From positions 248,001 through 312,000 of the forward strand of contig JBLDXI010000063.1 in NCBI GenBank assembly GCA_047495785.1: 64,000 nucleotides of DNA, in the 5' to 3' direction. The stretch comes from Lepidodermella squamata. Taxonomy: Eukaryota > Animalia > Gastrotricha. Below the pieces are notes generated by a model. The model was not told the DNA's origin and ran no database searches. It saw only the letters and a list, made by a program, of their open reading frames with translations. How positions within the stretch are numbered: the stretch's first letter is position 1; the number at the start of each line of letters is the position of its first letter. Shown in pieces: positions 33,673 through 45,533 of the stretch. Position numbers and translations under genes: made by a program.

Positions 33673-36600
33673 ATGGCTTCTTCTGAGTACAAGCCTGGCG
33701 AAGAAGAAATCCCGATGACCGCCGAGTGGCAGCAACTGCGCCATTTGGCGAGGCAAAACGAGGCGGTGATAAATGCGGCGATGGCGGCGGATGACAACGC
33801 GGATGGCGATGACGACGACGGCGACGACGGCGGGAAAGGCGGCGGCGGCGGTGGCGGTGGCGGGGGGAAAAGTAACATATTGCCGACGTGGGGCAACGTG
33901 AAAACGATGAATCTGAATAATGTCATTCTACAGAACATTCTCGCCTCGCCCTACTTTAAAAACTACTTGTTCAACATGAAAACCTACCACGAGGTCATCG
34001 ATGAAATCTACTCGCAGGTATTTAATATAATACCTACTCAATTATAGGGTTTTTTTCATTTCAAATGTTGACTGATCTTACTCTTTCTCACGCAGGTGTC
34101 TCACTTGGAACCGTGGGAGAAAGGATCTCGCAAAACTACAGGCCAGGTAAGCCTACTATGATTATTCAAAAAATCTCACACAATTACATTGTTCAATTAC
34201 ATTATTTTGAAACACAGGTTGGCATGTGTGGAGGGGTGAGTTGTGTGTGCATCTTCTAGATTCGATGCGATTCAATGCGATTTGGTTCTATTACCGATTG
34301 ATAGGTGCGTGGCGTTGGCGCAGGCGGCATCGTGTCGTCGGCGTACTGCCTGCTGTTCAAGCTGTTCACGCTGAAGCTGACGCGGAAGCAGCTGCAGCAG
34401 ATGGTGCGCAACCGCGACTCGGTGTACATCCGCGGCCTCGGCTTCATGTACGCGCGCTACTGCGTGCAGCCGCAGGACCTCTGGGACTGGTACGCGCCCT
34501 ACATCGACGACGAAGAGGTACGTTGTACGCTTCGCTCAATATAGACGAGTGAAGACGAGTAAGGCGCAGCGATGAGTACCTAATTTCGACAAGTACCTTA
34601 TCCATATTTGGTCGAATTTGATTTGGCGACTGGTCGAAAAGCACGGCTTTTGTCGGCCACTAGAATAATTTCTGATCCTTATTTTGTTCAAATGTTTTGT
34701 TACATCACCTCAATTTTGATCGTCTTTGAGGTCTAGTCCACGGTTCATCTCGTGGCTGCCAGTAACTAATCCGGTTTCTTTCTCGGCCTTGCCGAGTGCG
34801 GATTTGAATACGCAGTTTCCTTAACACTACTCCGTTATCAACTTATTCAGCCGACGATCTGAAATTCGTGTTCACTTTCGATGAGGTTTAGCTTGTAACT
34901 TCAGCTTGGACAGCCTTGCTGACAGCCATCTTGTAGGGCGGCCGATACTCGGCGTCAGAAAACAGCCTCAGCTCACAACGTGATGACCAGTTTTTACTCG
35001 AGTTGTGCAATTGTAGAACGACAGATGGGTTCGCAGTTGATTTCACCTCCATGCACTCCCTATGCAGTACTTCATATGTACTTGTGCGTTACTTATTTTA
35101 CACCCTCGAACTGAACAACTAAGAGCTACACACTGTACAGACTGCGATGCTCGGCGAAATTCGGTCGAAATTCCACCTGATGGGCCACCACTATATAGGT
35201 GACGATGCCATCGTCAAAACGGAGGAGTGTTTGACTCCCCCAGCCTGCCCCAACCTAGCCGCTGAATAACTCATTTGTGTGAGATACGGGCTGGTGTGCA
35301 AGGTGGAAACACACCACTCCACCGACCCCCACCGAAATGCGTCGACATGTCGTGGCACATTTTGACACCGATTTCATCATCTTTCATCATCAGTATCTGT
35401 CGTAGTTGCTTTATTGCAGTTGCATCCAGCGAATTTCATGAGCTTTTCACGGTCGAAAGTGGACTTTGTGCAAAATAATCATTTAGAGCTACATAAAAGC
35501 TTTTCGAAATGCTTCTTGGGCAATCCGAGGGCCATCATTCGGGTCCAATCGATGACGGCTTCTGAGCTCATTTTGTCGTGAAGAAGAACCGTCGTAACCA
35601 AAACCCAGGACGCCGCAGTTGCAAAGTAGACACGAGTTTCATGACATCCCAATAGCCTAGAATAGCCACGAAAGCCACTACCATCTATCTACCGGTAGCA
35701 ATTTGTGCCTTGAGCCTTCGGGTATAAGCGCTTGCGATTTTCCGAGCAAAAAGTGCTTATTTTCTGCGACGACCACACTTTTTTTAATATAGGTAATGAG
35801 GATATGATTAGAAGGATCTAGTGTCTCGGTGTGTTTCAGCTTGCAGGCGGGACTAGGGTGTTGAGAAGTGAAGAACTTGGCGTTGTAAGATGCTTAGTGC
35901 AAATGATTGGTATTTTTGGTAATTGCAGGAAATCGACGTGAAAGCGGGCGGCGGGCACGCGCTGACGATGGGCGAGGTGCTGCGGCACTTCCTCACCAAG
36001 CTGGACTGGTACTCGACGCTGTTCCCGCGCATCCCCATCCCCGTGCAGAAGAAGATCATGGAGAACTTGGAGGCGCACGACCGCGCGTACGCCGACGGCG
36101 ATGGCCACTACGACCAGCAGTATCAACAGCAGCAGCAGCACGGCTACGACGAGGATGGCGAGGCAGAGGCTGCGGCGGCGGCGGCCGAACAGGCGGAACA
36201 GCAGACGGCTGGCGGCAAGTCGACTGGCAAGTCGTCGTCGTCGTCGGCGAAGACCACTTCAGACCAGCAGCAGCAGCAGCATGGCAGCAACAAGGCCGCA
36301 CAAGAGTGAGTCACTCCTTCTTGCTCGCACGCATTTTTGACTCATTTTTGTCTCATGTATTAGGAAAGCGGCTGCAGCAGCAGCGGCGGCGGCGTCGTAC
36401 GACGCGATGCTCAGCAAGGAACTCGAGCGGCACAACCGCCTGCCAGCGCCGGCCGAGACGGAGCGAGACCGCGAACGAGAGCGCGATCGCGAGCGGGAAC
36501 GCGACCGCCACCGCGACCGCCGCTCCCGCTCGCGCTCGAGGTCGCGCGACCGCACGGCAGCGGCGGCTTCACGGCGACGCGACGACGACGGCGGCAAGTC

Positions 36601-37042
36601 AGCAACGGCCGCGAGTCGGTCGCGACGGTCGCGGCGCTCGAGGTCCCCCCGATCGCGATCCCGGTCTCGTTCGCGGTCGCGACGAACCGGCGGCGGCGGC
36701 GGGAGACGGTCGTCGCGGGACCGCACGAGCCGACGCAGCCGGTCGACGAGCCGTTCGCGACGCAACGTGTCGTTCTACGACTCGACGCGCCTCGACGCGA
36801 AACGAGACGACCAGCAGCACCACGCGACCAAGCCAACGGCGGAGCAAGCCGGGCCGGGTGGCGGCGATGCCGATGACGACGACGACTACGGACACGTGGA
36901 GCGGCTGCTGCGGCGGGCGGCGGCGCGCAAGGCGGCCGTGGCCAAGGGCGACGCCACCGACGACGACCTGCTTGGTTTGGGCGCCTCCTCCTCGTCGTCG
37001 GTGACGCAGCGCCGCCCCGGCCGGCCAAACGTCTTCATCTGA
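33673..37042 (+). CDS. PRPF38B: Pre-mRNA splicing factor PRP38B with RS/RD-rich tail. Exons 33673-34017, 34096-34146, 34218-34235, 34305-34517, 35929-36305, 36364-37042
   Basis: NILPTWGNVKTMNLNNVILQNILASPYFK, HLEPWEKGSRKTTGQ|VGMCGG|VRGVGAGGIVSSAYCLLFKLFTLKLTRKQ, DSVYIRGLGFMYARY, LDWYSTLFPRIPIPVQK. All junctions are in frame. Confidence 0.95.
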
Positions 37043-37557
37043 CACCATCAGCCGAATTCAACATCATCATCACGATCACTTTCATTTGCGTTCATTCTGT
37101 TTGTCTACTTGATATTGAATAAAAACAAAACAAAAGCCTTTCGTGATTGGTTTTGCGACATTTTTTATTCGCAGCGTGATAAAAACACCGATTGATACAT
37201 CATGCTAATTGATTACGTATAAGGACGTTAATAATGCGGTAAATGGCACCGAGTATGAAGAAACCGAACAAGAAAAACAAGAAGATGAAGAAGAAGACTA
37301 GCGGACTAGCGCAAAATGCACTGGAATGTAGTACACGAGCGGAAAAGAGTGAATGCCAGCTAGAGAGGCACGAGTGGCTATCGGCGAGCACGACATGTTT
37401 CCCATCCCCACGACCCATCAAAATAACCATTACTCAAATCAGGCTGTCACAGACTACCAAACTGTTTTGCTGCCCAAGTTACACTTTTTTCCAATCACTT
37501 TTCACTAGCCAGCGATCAATTCAAGGATATAGTAACTTATTAAATCATATTAAAAAG

Positions 37558-38721
37558 TTAGTTCATGAGCGATGCATTTGCCACAGCATGAGAAGAACGC
37601 AAGTTCGAAATCCTCAGTTCTTTGTTTGCTGCTGCTGTTACTGCTAGTGGCTGCTCGCGTTCGGTGTTCGGAGAACGGCGAGGCTGGCGAGGCTGGCATG
37701 TCGACGGCGAGCAAGTTGACATGCCATAATCATCATCATCATCATCTGCACGACCATCAAGATGATCTTCGTCGCTGCTTGAAGCATCGTTGACGTCATT
37801 GTAGTCATCATGGCGGTTGCTTTTCGAATGCGAACTGTTCGAGGTTGAAGTCGTTGAGGTTGAGATGTGGTTCATATCAGCGATTTGCTGCTTCTCCTTT
37901 TTCAGCTTCATGCGCCGGTTCTGGAACCAAATCTTCACCTGGCGCTCGCTCAAACTCAACGCCGCCGCCAGCTCGATGCGCCGCTTCCGCGCCAAGTAAT
38001 GACAGAAGGCAAACTCCTTCTCCAGTTCCTACAACGGAAAATAAATAGGTTGTAAAAAATATCAGCATTGTGAATCTAGTTAGTCAAGTGTAGCGCCCAA
38101 TTGGTAGGAATAAAGCTAATAGTTTTTGCAAAAGCAAACTTGAAGAGGAAAGCCTTGGAGAATAAAGAATACCTACAGATTATAAAGAAAGGAAAGAAAG
38201 TTGAAAACTCACGATGGTCTGGTGGCGCGTGTAGGTTTGGCGGCCGCGGCGTTTCTGCGACGAATTCGGCCCGACCACCGCCATCCACGCGTACATCGGC
38301 GCCGTGCGATGCGCCGCACCCATCAGTTTGCCGCTGCTTCCATTATTAGCGCCTGTGACAGCATTGGTGATGTGGCCAGTCATTAACGATGTCGATGACG
38401 ACGACGACGACGACTGGTTGCCGCCTATGTTCGACGGCGATGTCGAAGACGAGGCTAGCAGTGATGCGTAGCAGCCAGGACCAGCTGTCGAATACGCGTT
38501 GCTGCTGTACGTTGCCGGTTGCCAACACGCCGCAGTCGAATGGTCGCCGTAGTCGCTGCCTGTGTAGTACGTCGGCTGCATCATCTGTAGCGGTAGCGGC
38601 GGCTGCGAGTCGACGGCGAAGGCGCACGACGGCCGGCTCAAGTACGCGAGATGTTGCTGCTGAAGATGACTGCTACTGCCGTAGCTGCTGATGTTGTTAC
38701 CGGAGATCGCTGCTACCTGCT

Positions 38722-38752
<31 letters not shown>

Positions 38753-39088
38753 ATCAGCTGATGATGGCATAAAGTAATACGACTCGGTTGTCGTGTTCAC
38801 AACGACGGTTGGTGAAGGAGTGCGAGGCAGCCAAGACGAAGTTCGGCCCACTTCGTGGAAAATCGTTATCGGAGCAGCCGACTGGCATTGTTGTTGTTGT
38901 TGTTGTTGTTGTTGGTGTAACGACGTCGACGGGCTGTCGATGCCCTCGTCGACGAGTTCCGCGCCACTATTGCTGCTGCTGCTCGGTGGCGGCGCATCCA
39001 CTGTGATACTACTGCTACTGCTGCTACCGCTGCTGCTTGGCAGCCAGTCGACCGGTGTCGCCGCATCCAAGTTCAAATAGCTATTCAT
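37558..39088 (-). CDS. Lox4: Central-class Hox protein, Lox4 (Ubx/abd-A group)-like. Exons 39088-38213, 38028-37558
   Basis: N-terminal MNSY, hexapeptide MYAWM, linker GPNSSQ, homeodomain [14 protein letters not shown]|[46 protein letters not shown], UbdA-type parapeptide QQIADMN. Confidence 0.85.
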
Positions 39089-39437
39089 CACACTATAATA
39101 ACAGTAATAGCACTGATAATGGCGCAATTAGGCTATAGTTAACGAGTAAAAAATGATGGGTATTTTGTGTTGTGTTGGGGGAAGAACGTCATAGGTGCGG
39201 CTGTGCTATGATGAGCGCGCAGCTGGGCGAGGCCTAAATACAAAGCCGTGGCAATAATCGAGCGCTAATCGACGCAGACGGCCGGCGCACAGGTGCGCGA
39301 CTCATCATAGATTTTGCTTTTGCTGCTGCGCTGATGGCGACGTGAGCGTCTGCTCTTTTGCTTGTCGGTTCTTTGCCAAGCGCAGTAGCAACAGCGGCTC
39401 TGGCTCCGAACGTGCGGCTATGATGTCGACGAGCGAG

Positions 39438-39447
39438 TGATTTATGG
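39438..39447. promoter_or_regulatory. Pbx/Exd-Hox composite site TGATTTATGG upstream of the Hox gene
   Basis: Exact composite motif about 350 bp upstream of the Hox ATG, with a TGACAG (Meis/Hth) site at 39837-39842. Confidence 0.5.
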
Positions 39448-41229
39448 CTGGGAGTCGGATAGGTAGATTTTAGCGACACACACCTGAGCATGGGGCTGGG
39501 TGCGGTGGAAGCGCTGTCGGTTTTATTGCACCAGCCGGTGCGTCGGCGCGCGCGTCTTTTCGCATCGACACGCATACCTATCATCAATCGGCAAGTAACC
39601 ATCATATAGGAGGTGGTAGAGACCAGGCAAGGTATACAACATCATTATCAATTTGATGAGTTATGGCGCGCGCAAAGTGACACACAAAAAATACAGCGAT
39701 AACTAGTTGCGCGGCGGCGGCGCATCAAACGAGCCGCGCGTTATTCTTGCTAACGGCAGCAATTAGCCGGCCAACCGCGCCCGTGTCATAATTGCTACTA
39801 GCCGCCATGAGCCGCTTTGTGTTGGCCATTTCAAAACTGTCAACCGAAATCATCACCCGAGCCGCTTTTTTACGCGAGCCGTCCATCTTAAAAAAATGAT
39901 GCATACTATTTTGAATGTTGGCAATTGCAGCGGAGGTAGAATTGGAAAGTAAAAGCACTATTAGAAATCATTGAAATGAGCCATTCTCATTGGAAGCCCT
40001 CGATTATAGGTCACAATATACACGAGTCGGGAGAACTGTTAAAAAAAACTGCGGCTAGCCAACGTTTTTGTACTTTTTGAACATAACTCTGATTTCGTTT
40101 CCTATAGGTATCCTTTCCGCACGATTCGGAACTAATGAAAGCTAGGTAAGACATTCTTGCGGACATGAGACGGCTGCTCCATTAGGCCGGATCAAACCCA
40201 TATAAGGGGACCCTTGCCATCAAGGGCCCGAGCGGACCCGATCTGTAATTTGCCTTATCTGTCATTTCAGGTGTCATGATCCGGTCCTGCAATCAGCTTC
40301 AGGATTCGGGCGATTCGGCAGTGAACATGCATAAACAGGCTATTGCATGAAGCAATAATTTTGCACTTGGATTTCAGATGCATTTAAAACAATTTTGGTG
40401 CATATGGCCTTGGCTATCATCCGACTTTCGAAGTGTCTTACGTGTGATATGTTCGCCCGAGTTTCTTATGAACTTGACAATTGCTGATACCTAGAAACCG
40501 ACTCGAACCGAGTCGAAACTGCTTTCGGGTAGACTTGCCGAGTCTCGAGTCTGCGCACATCTTAGAACTTGTTCTTCGTATCACAATTCGGTGTTTTGCA
40601 GCAGTGTTCTTAGATTGCTAATCCTAGGCTATAGATCTACACCTGTTAACTCTTGCATCACCTGCGAACCGTACAATATTATCAAACCAATAATAAATGT
40701 AACCGGTGTGCGTTTTCATTCTCATCATAATGACAGCAGAACTTATTTGCTTTCTCAAGGGAAACCCAATCGCAATGCTTCAATCGATCCTTTTCGAGAC
40801 TTTGGGTCCTCAAGCTCTGTGGCTCAACCTGAGCGAAGAAGCTGCGATGAACAGTGTTGTGAACAGTGTGATGAAAAACAAAGTGAAGTGTGCATCATTC
40901 AATAATCGTTTTTATTGTTGGCAACGTAGAGCAGACGAAGAGAGAGAAAGAAAGAGAGAGAGACCATTGCAGATTGCAGGCACTCGGAATCGATCGACTT
41001 TGCGACGATGAAAGTAGAGCTGAACACACAGAGAGACGCTTGGCGCTCGTTTTACAACCGGTCATTGCTAGATTTTTCTTGTTATTAACATTACTTTTAT
41101 ACTAATACACACACACACACACACATAGCTATTATAGCATTCATTCTTTAAGAATGTTGTTGTTGTTTTTCACAGACCGATAGATAGATAGACCATCAGC
41201 ATCTTGCTCGTTGTCGATGCAGGCCTCCA

Positions 41230-42163
41230 TCAGGCCTCCATCGGCACGGGGTGCTCGCGCGTGGCGACCACGTCGTAGGCGATCGGGCGCACCTGCTGGC
41301 GCAGGACGGTGGTGGCGCCGCGGCGGAACTTGTAGTCGCCCTGCCGGCGGCCCTTCTCGTTCGCCACCTCGTACGGCCGCAGAAAGTCGATCTTGGGCGG
41401 CGCGAGCGCGCTCGGCCCCGTCGCCGCCTCGATCACGCACAGGTCGATGTTGGAGCCCGAGCCGAGGTCGTTGAACACGCCGCCGGCGATCGCGTCTCGG
41501 ACGAGGGCCATCGCCTCGGCGCGGCTCAGCTTCGGCTTCCACGACCGCTCGAACATGGCCATGGCGGCGAGCGAGCCGCTGCCCATCGACGTGTACGGCA
41601 GCTGCGACGCGTAGCCGTTCGGCGACACGATGTACAGCCCCGCGCCCGTCGCGTCCACGCCGCCCAGCACCAGCGCCGCGCCCACGTGCCCGCGGTACCC
41701 GTACAGGTAGTGCGCCAGGTACTTGCAGGCGGTGGCGACGCGCGCCTGCCGCCCCACCTCCATGCGGTGCAGGTTCAGCCGCGCCGCGATCATCGCCGTC
41801 ACCTTCTCCGTGTCCGCCGCCGTGCCCGCGCCGCAGCAGTAGATGTTCTGCGCGATGAAGTGGATCTTCTGGCAGTTCTTGTCCGCCACGATGTCGCCCT
41901 CCGTCGCCCGCGTGTCCGCGCCCAGCACCACGCCGCCGTCGTACACGCACCCGGCGATCGTCGTGCCCGTCTTGCGCGCCTTCGGGATCACCGCCGACAG
42001 CTGCTGCGCCAACGCGCTGTTCTTGCCATCACTAGGCGACTCCAACGCCAAGTTCCTACGTAGTAGTAGTAGTAAGTAAGCAGAAGTAGTAACAACTCCA
42101 AGTGGGGTTTTCACTTTCAAGTTACCTGTTGCAATTGTCAAAGTTGAATCCACCACTCTCCAT
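41230..42163 (-). CDS. PSMB7: 20S proteasome subunit beta-2 (PSMB7). Exons 42163-42126, 42055-41230
   Basis: GGFNFDNCNR|N propeptide, KTG/TTIAG autocleavage site, LGADTRATEG, CCGAGTAADT, MGSGSLAAMA, GVFNDLGSGSNIDLCVI. Confidence 0.96.
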
Positions 42164-43192
42164 TTGGCCTCACGTTCTTTACAATATCACGAACTTCAAA
42201 TCTAAGCAACAACATAAATGAAGTGAAATTGAAGAAGAGCATTCATGCTAAAATATCACAGAGAATTACAAAAATAAGAGGATGATCGTCCGTAGGCAGC
42301 TGTCCTCTAAACACAGGTTTCTTTTAACATCACATGCTGATGTGAGCGTCCAATAAAATTTCATCATTTGGCACGCAAAATGGCACGTTTAACTTAGAGC
42401 TACACTAAACTAGACCCTCACAATTAGTAAAGCGATAGCAAAATATATTCCTAATAGAACACCAAAAGGAACTGCTCACTGACAGTAATATAGTCATGAA
42501 ACCAACGCTGCAAATTGGAGTAACGCATTAGCATACTATCTCAAGACATACTTAATAATGTAATCAATGATGCACTATACTTGGCTGCATGATTAAATAC
42601 TTTCAGTAATTATATCACGCCTTCACGATTGTAATTTTTACAGCTAAGACTAGATTACTTCCGTCTTCTTCAACTCCAAGCTCTAGTTCACCGAAAACTC
42701 AGCGTGTGAACAATTAGGCAAACTGACATGAAAATTGTCTAAATCGGACTCGGGTCGCGCCAGGCAAAAACTGGTCCGGTTTAGACTTAGGAAATATAAC
42801 GTCAACTTGAGGATTTTTCGAATTTTGCGAACTTCGAAGTCACTCAAGTCATACCTTTCTATATTCATAATTGAACTACATAGACCCTAGATGCTAGATA
42901 CGGGATGATTGGCCGATTGAAAATTGTCAACTTTTTCGAGGTGTCCCATGCCAGACAGGTGCTTGCATTTTCCCCCAAATCCTCTACAAAATTGACTTTT
43001 TTATGCGTAAACCGAACTCAGACCCAAAAATCCGTCCTGTGTATACCACCAATCCGGGTTAGACAATAAAATTTTAACGGTACATTAACAGAACTACTTT
43101 CTCCGAACTTTCTCCGAACGGGTTGACATACCTATCGAATATTTTTGCCGAAGTGCGTAAACACGATGCAAAATTCAATTCATCCGTTGTAG

Positions 43193-44593
43193 GAGAATAT
43201 GAGAATAGCCTATAACAAATTGGAGGGTAATCAAACGTATAGGAGAGGCATGTCGTTCAATCTTCAGTCAGGATCAGATGACGAGGCAGGGAGAGTCGGG
43301 GATCTTTGCAGAACTGACTTCTGTTTCCAGAATCAGTTGGCCAGTCAGCTGGTTTAAAGTTCGTCAACTCGTTCCATCCTGTAACCTATAACCATCCGAC
43401 TTCGACTTTCCTTGCCCGCCCGACTGCTATGCCCGCCCTGCCTGCCTGCCCTCATAACTAGGGAACCTCAGGATCCCTAGAAAGCAAATTAGATCATTGG
43501 GCAGAGGAAAGCCCTATTGTCAAAGGTAATTTGCCAATCCTCAGACAGTAGTTTGAATGGCTGTGCTAACTATTTTCTCCAGACGTTTGAAGAAAATTAA
43601 GGTATTTTTTACAATTCTATTGTCAGCACTAAGCAGCCTTGCAGGGTCGTGGCCAGCAACAGATAAACAGTCGTAAGAAATATGGTAGGCTAACTGGCTC
43701 AGAGGAGTAACGTTACCACAGAACATACATGTAACATCATCAATTCTGAAAATAAAATGTTCGATACGGCGAAAGACGGTGTTCGTGACGACTCGCAGAG
43801 CAGTATTTCTAAGGTCAGGTGGATAATTTTCGAATATCTTACTAATGCCAAAGTAACCGTCCCTGGCTAATAGGTAGCTGGCATTATATTTATTATGAAA
43901 TTTGACAGATAGTTCAGAAACATAGCAGTCTTTGACTAGGTTGAAAAATTGCTCCATGACTGCCGGGTCACGCATAAACCAGAAGTCGGGAGGCAGATTG
44001 TAGGATAATAGAAATTTACGAGTTGCGTGGATGGGATTTAAGACACCCATCTTCGGACGAGAATGGAAGTAAAAAGAAAAAGCATCATTCACTAAGGGGT
44101 TGGCACATTTCGTCAGCTCACATGTAAACTTGACTGCATTGAGTTTCGCCTTTAGGCTAGGGGGAATAAGTCCCATAACAAAACCAGTTGATAAACTAGA
44201 CGCATTGTACGGAATGTCGCGCGCTCTTTTATAATACTTATAACAGACGCTGTCCAATTTAGCAACACGGCTAGGGGCGAAGAGGCCCCAGAGTTCGGAG
44301 CCTGCAAGCATCGCCGCTTCAATTTTGCTACAAAATAGTGTATCCAAGTTATTGCGTTCTATCATACTCAATTTGATCCTATGAGAGGAAAGAGCGTTGT
44401 AACAGCTATTGCCACGTGTAAGCGCATTTTCAATAGCTTCAAACCAGCTCAAGTCGCTGGATATCGGTACGCCTAGGTAGAAATCAGATTTTACAACTTT
44501 GAGAGGTACGCCGTTCATATTAATGCTATGCCCGCCCTGGCAGCTGCGATGAGTCAAACGTTTCCCGCCAACAAACTTAACGTTTTTTAACAA
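43193..44593 (-). mobile_element. 5'-truncated non-LTR retrotransposon (LINE): RT C-terminus/thumb and CCHC region (ORF 43541-44593) plus a structured 3' UTR
   Basis: NGVPLKVVKSDFYLGVPISSDLSW, LFCSKIEAAMLAGSELWG, CMFCG...HISYDC. The 350-codon frame is uninterrupted, and the element appears to end in a short TATTCTC repeat near 43193-43208. Confidence 0.85.
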
Positions 44594-45533
44594 TCAAAAT
44601 AAATATATATTTTTATGCTGTTTGAACATGTGTTACAAAAAATATTATTTTTAATTTGAATTTAGCGCGTTTTTCCGCGGAACGAGGATTCAAAATCGCG
44701 TCGATTTGCCAAAATCCAAAAACGATCATCGATGTCTTAGTTTGTGTTTTTGTTTTTTGTTGATGGGAATTGTTTGCGATAAGACTGAAAAGCCAAAGCC
44801 CTATGTCTAACGGCAACGAAATAACTGAAAAATGTCGATTGTTCTCGTTGAACAACAATCTTGAAACAAATATATGGCTTATAATGCCTTTTATTTTAAT
44901 GTCATTTGTTCTGGAGTAGTCCCTACCGCTGCAGTATTGAGATTTCATAGAAAATTCGACTAGCTCCCACTGAGCTTTTCATTTTCATCGATTCTACACT
45001 ATATACACCCACACGGGACATAAGGGTGTTTGCATGTCGAAAGTCGAAACAACATACCTATTTTGACTGTTATGGAGTAGTCCTCAGTGGCAATTCAACT
45101 ATGAATACGCCGGTGAGCCGACTTTCAATCTTATTGCATAAAGTCATTTGTTTGATCTGGAAGAACTTATAAATTTTCTATGTACCGATCCTCTGCGATA
45201 AAAAATCAGACTTATATCGCTTGCCTCTGTCACTAGCCTCCGGGTCGTTTCTGAAGTACTCATTCTTGAATGTAATACATGATTGGAGCTTGAAACCTGT
45301 GAAAGTACTTGAGCCATATGTCGACAAATCTTTTCTTGTAAGTATATTATCTATCAACATTCTATCAACATTACTGTGTTGGTTGGTACAATTGAATGTT
45401 TTCAGATTATTGCCCATGTAACGTTTATGACTCTTTGAAAAGCATTACTAATTCGCCCGACTGATTCGCCATTACTGATTCACCCGCAATTATTGAATTT
45501 TGCCTATTTTTTCCAGGGATTGTTAATCTCAGA

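Noticed and set aside
37100-41200. Hox-associated microRNAs (miR-10 family)
   Set aside because: No match to the miR-10 mature sequence seen by eye near the Hox gene
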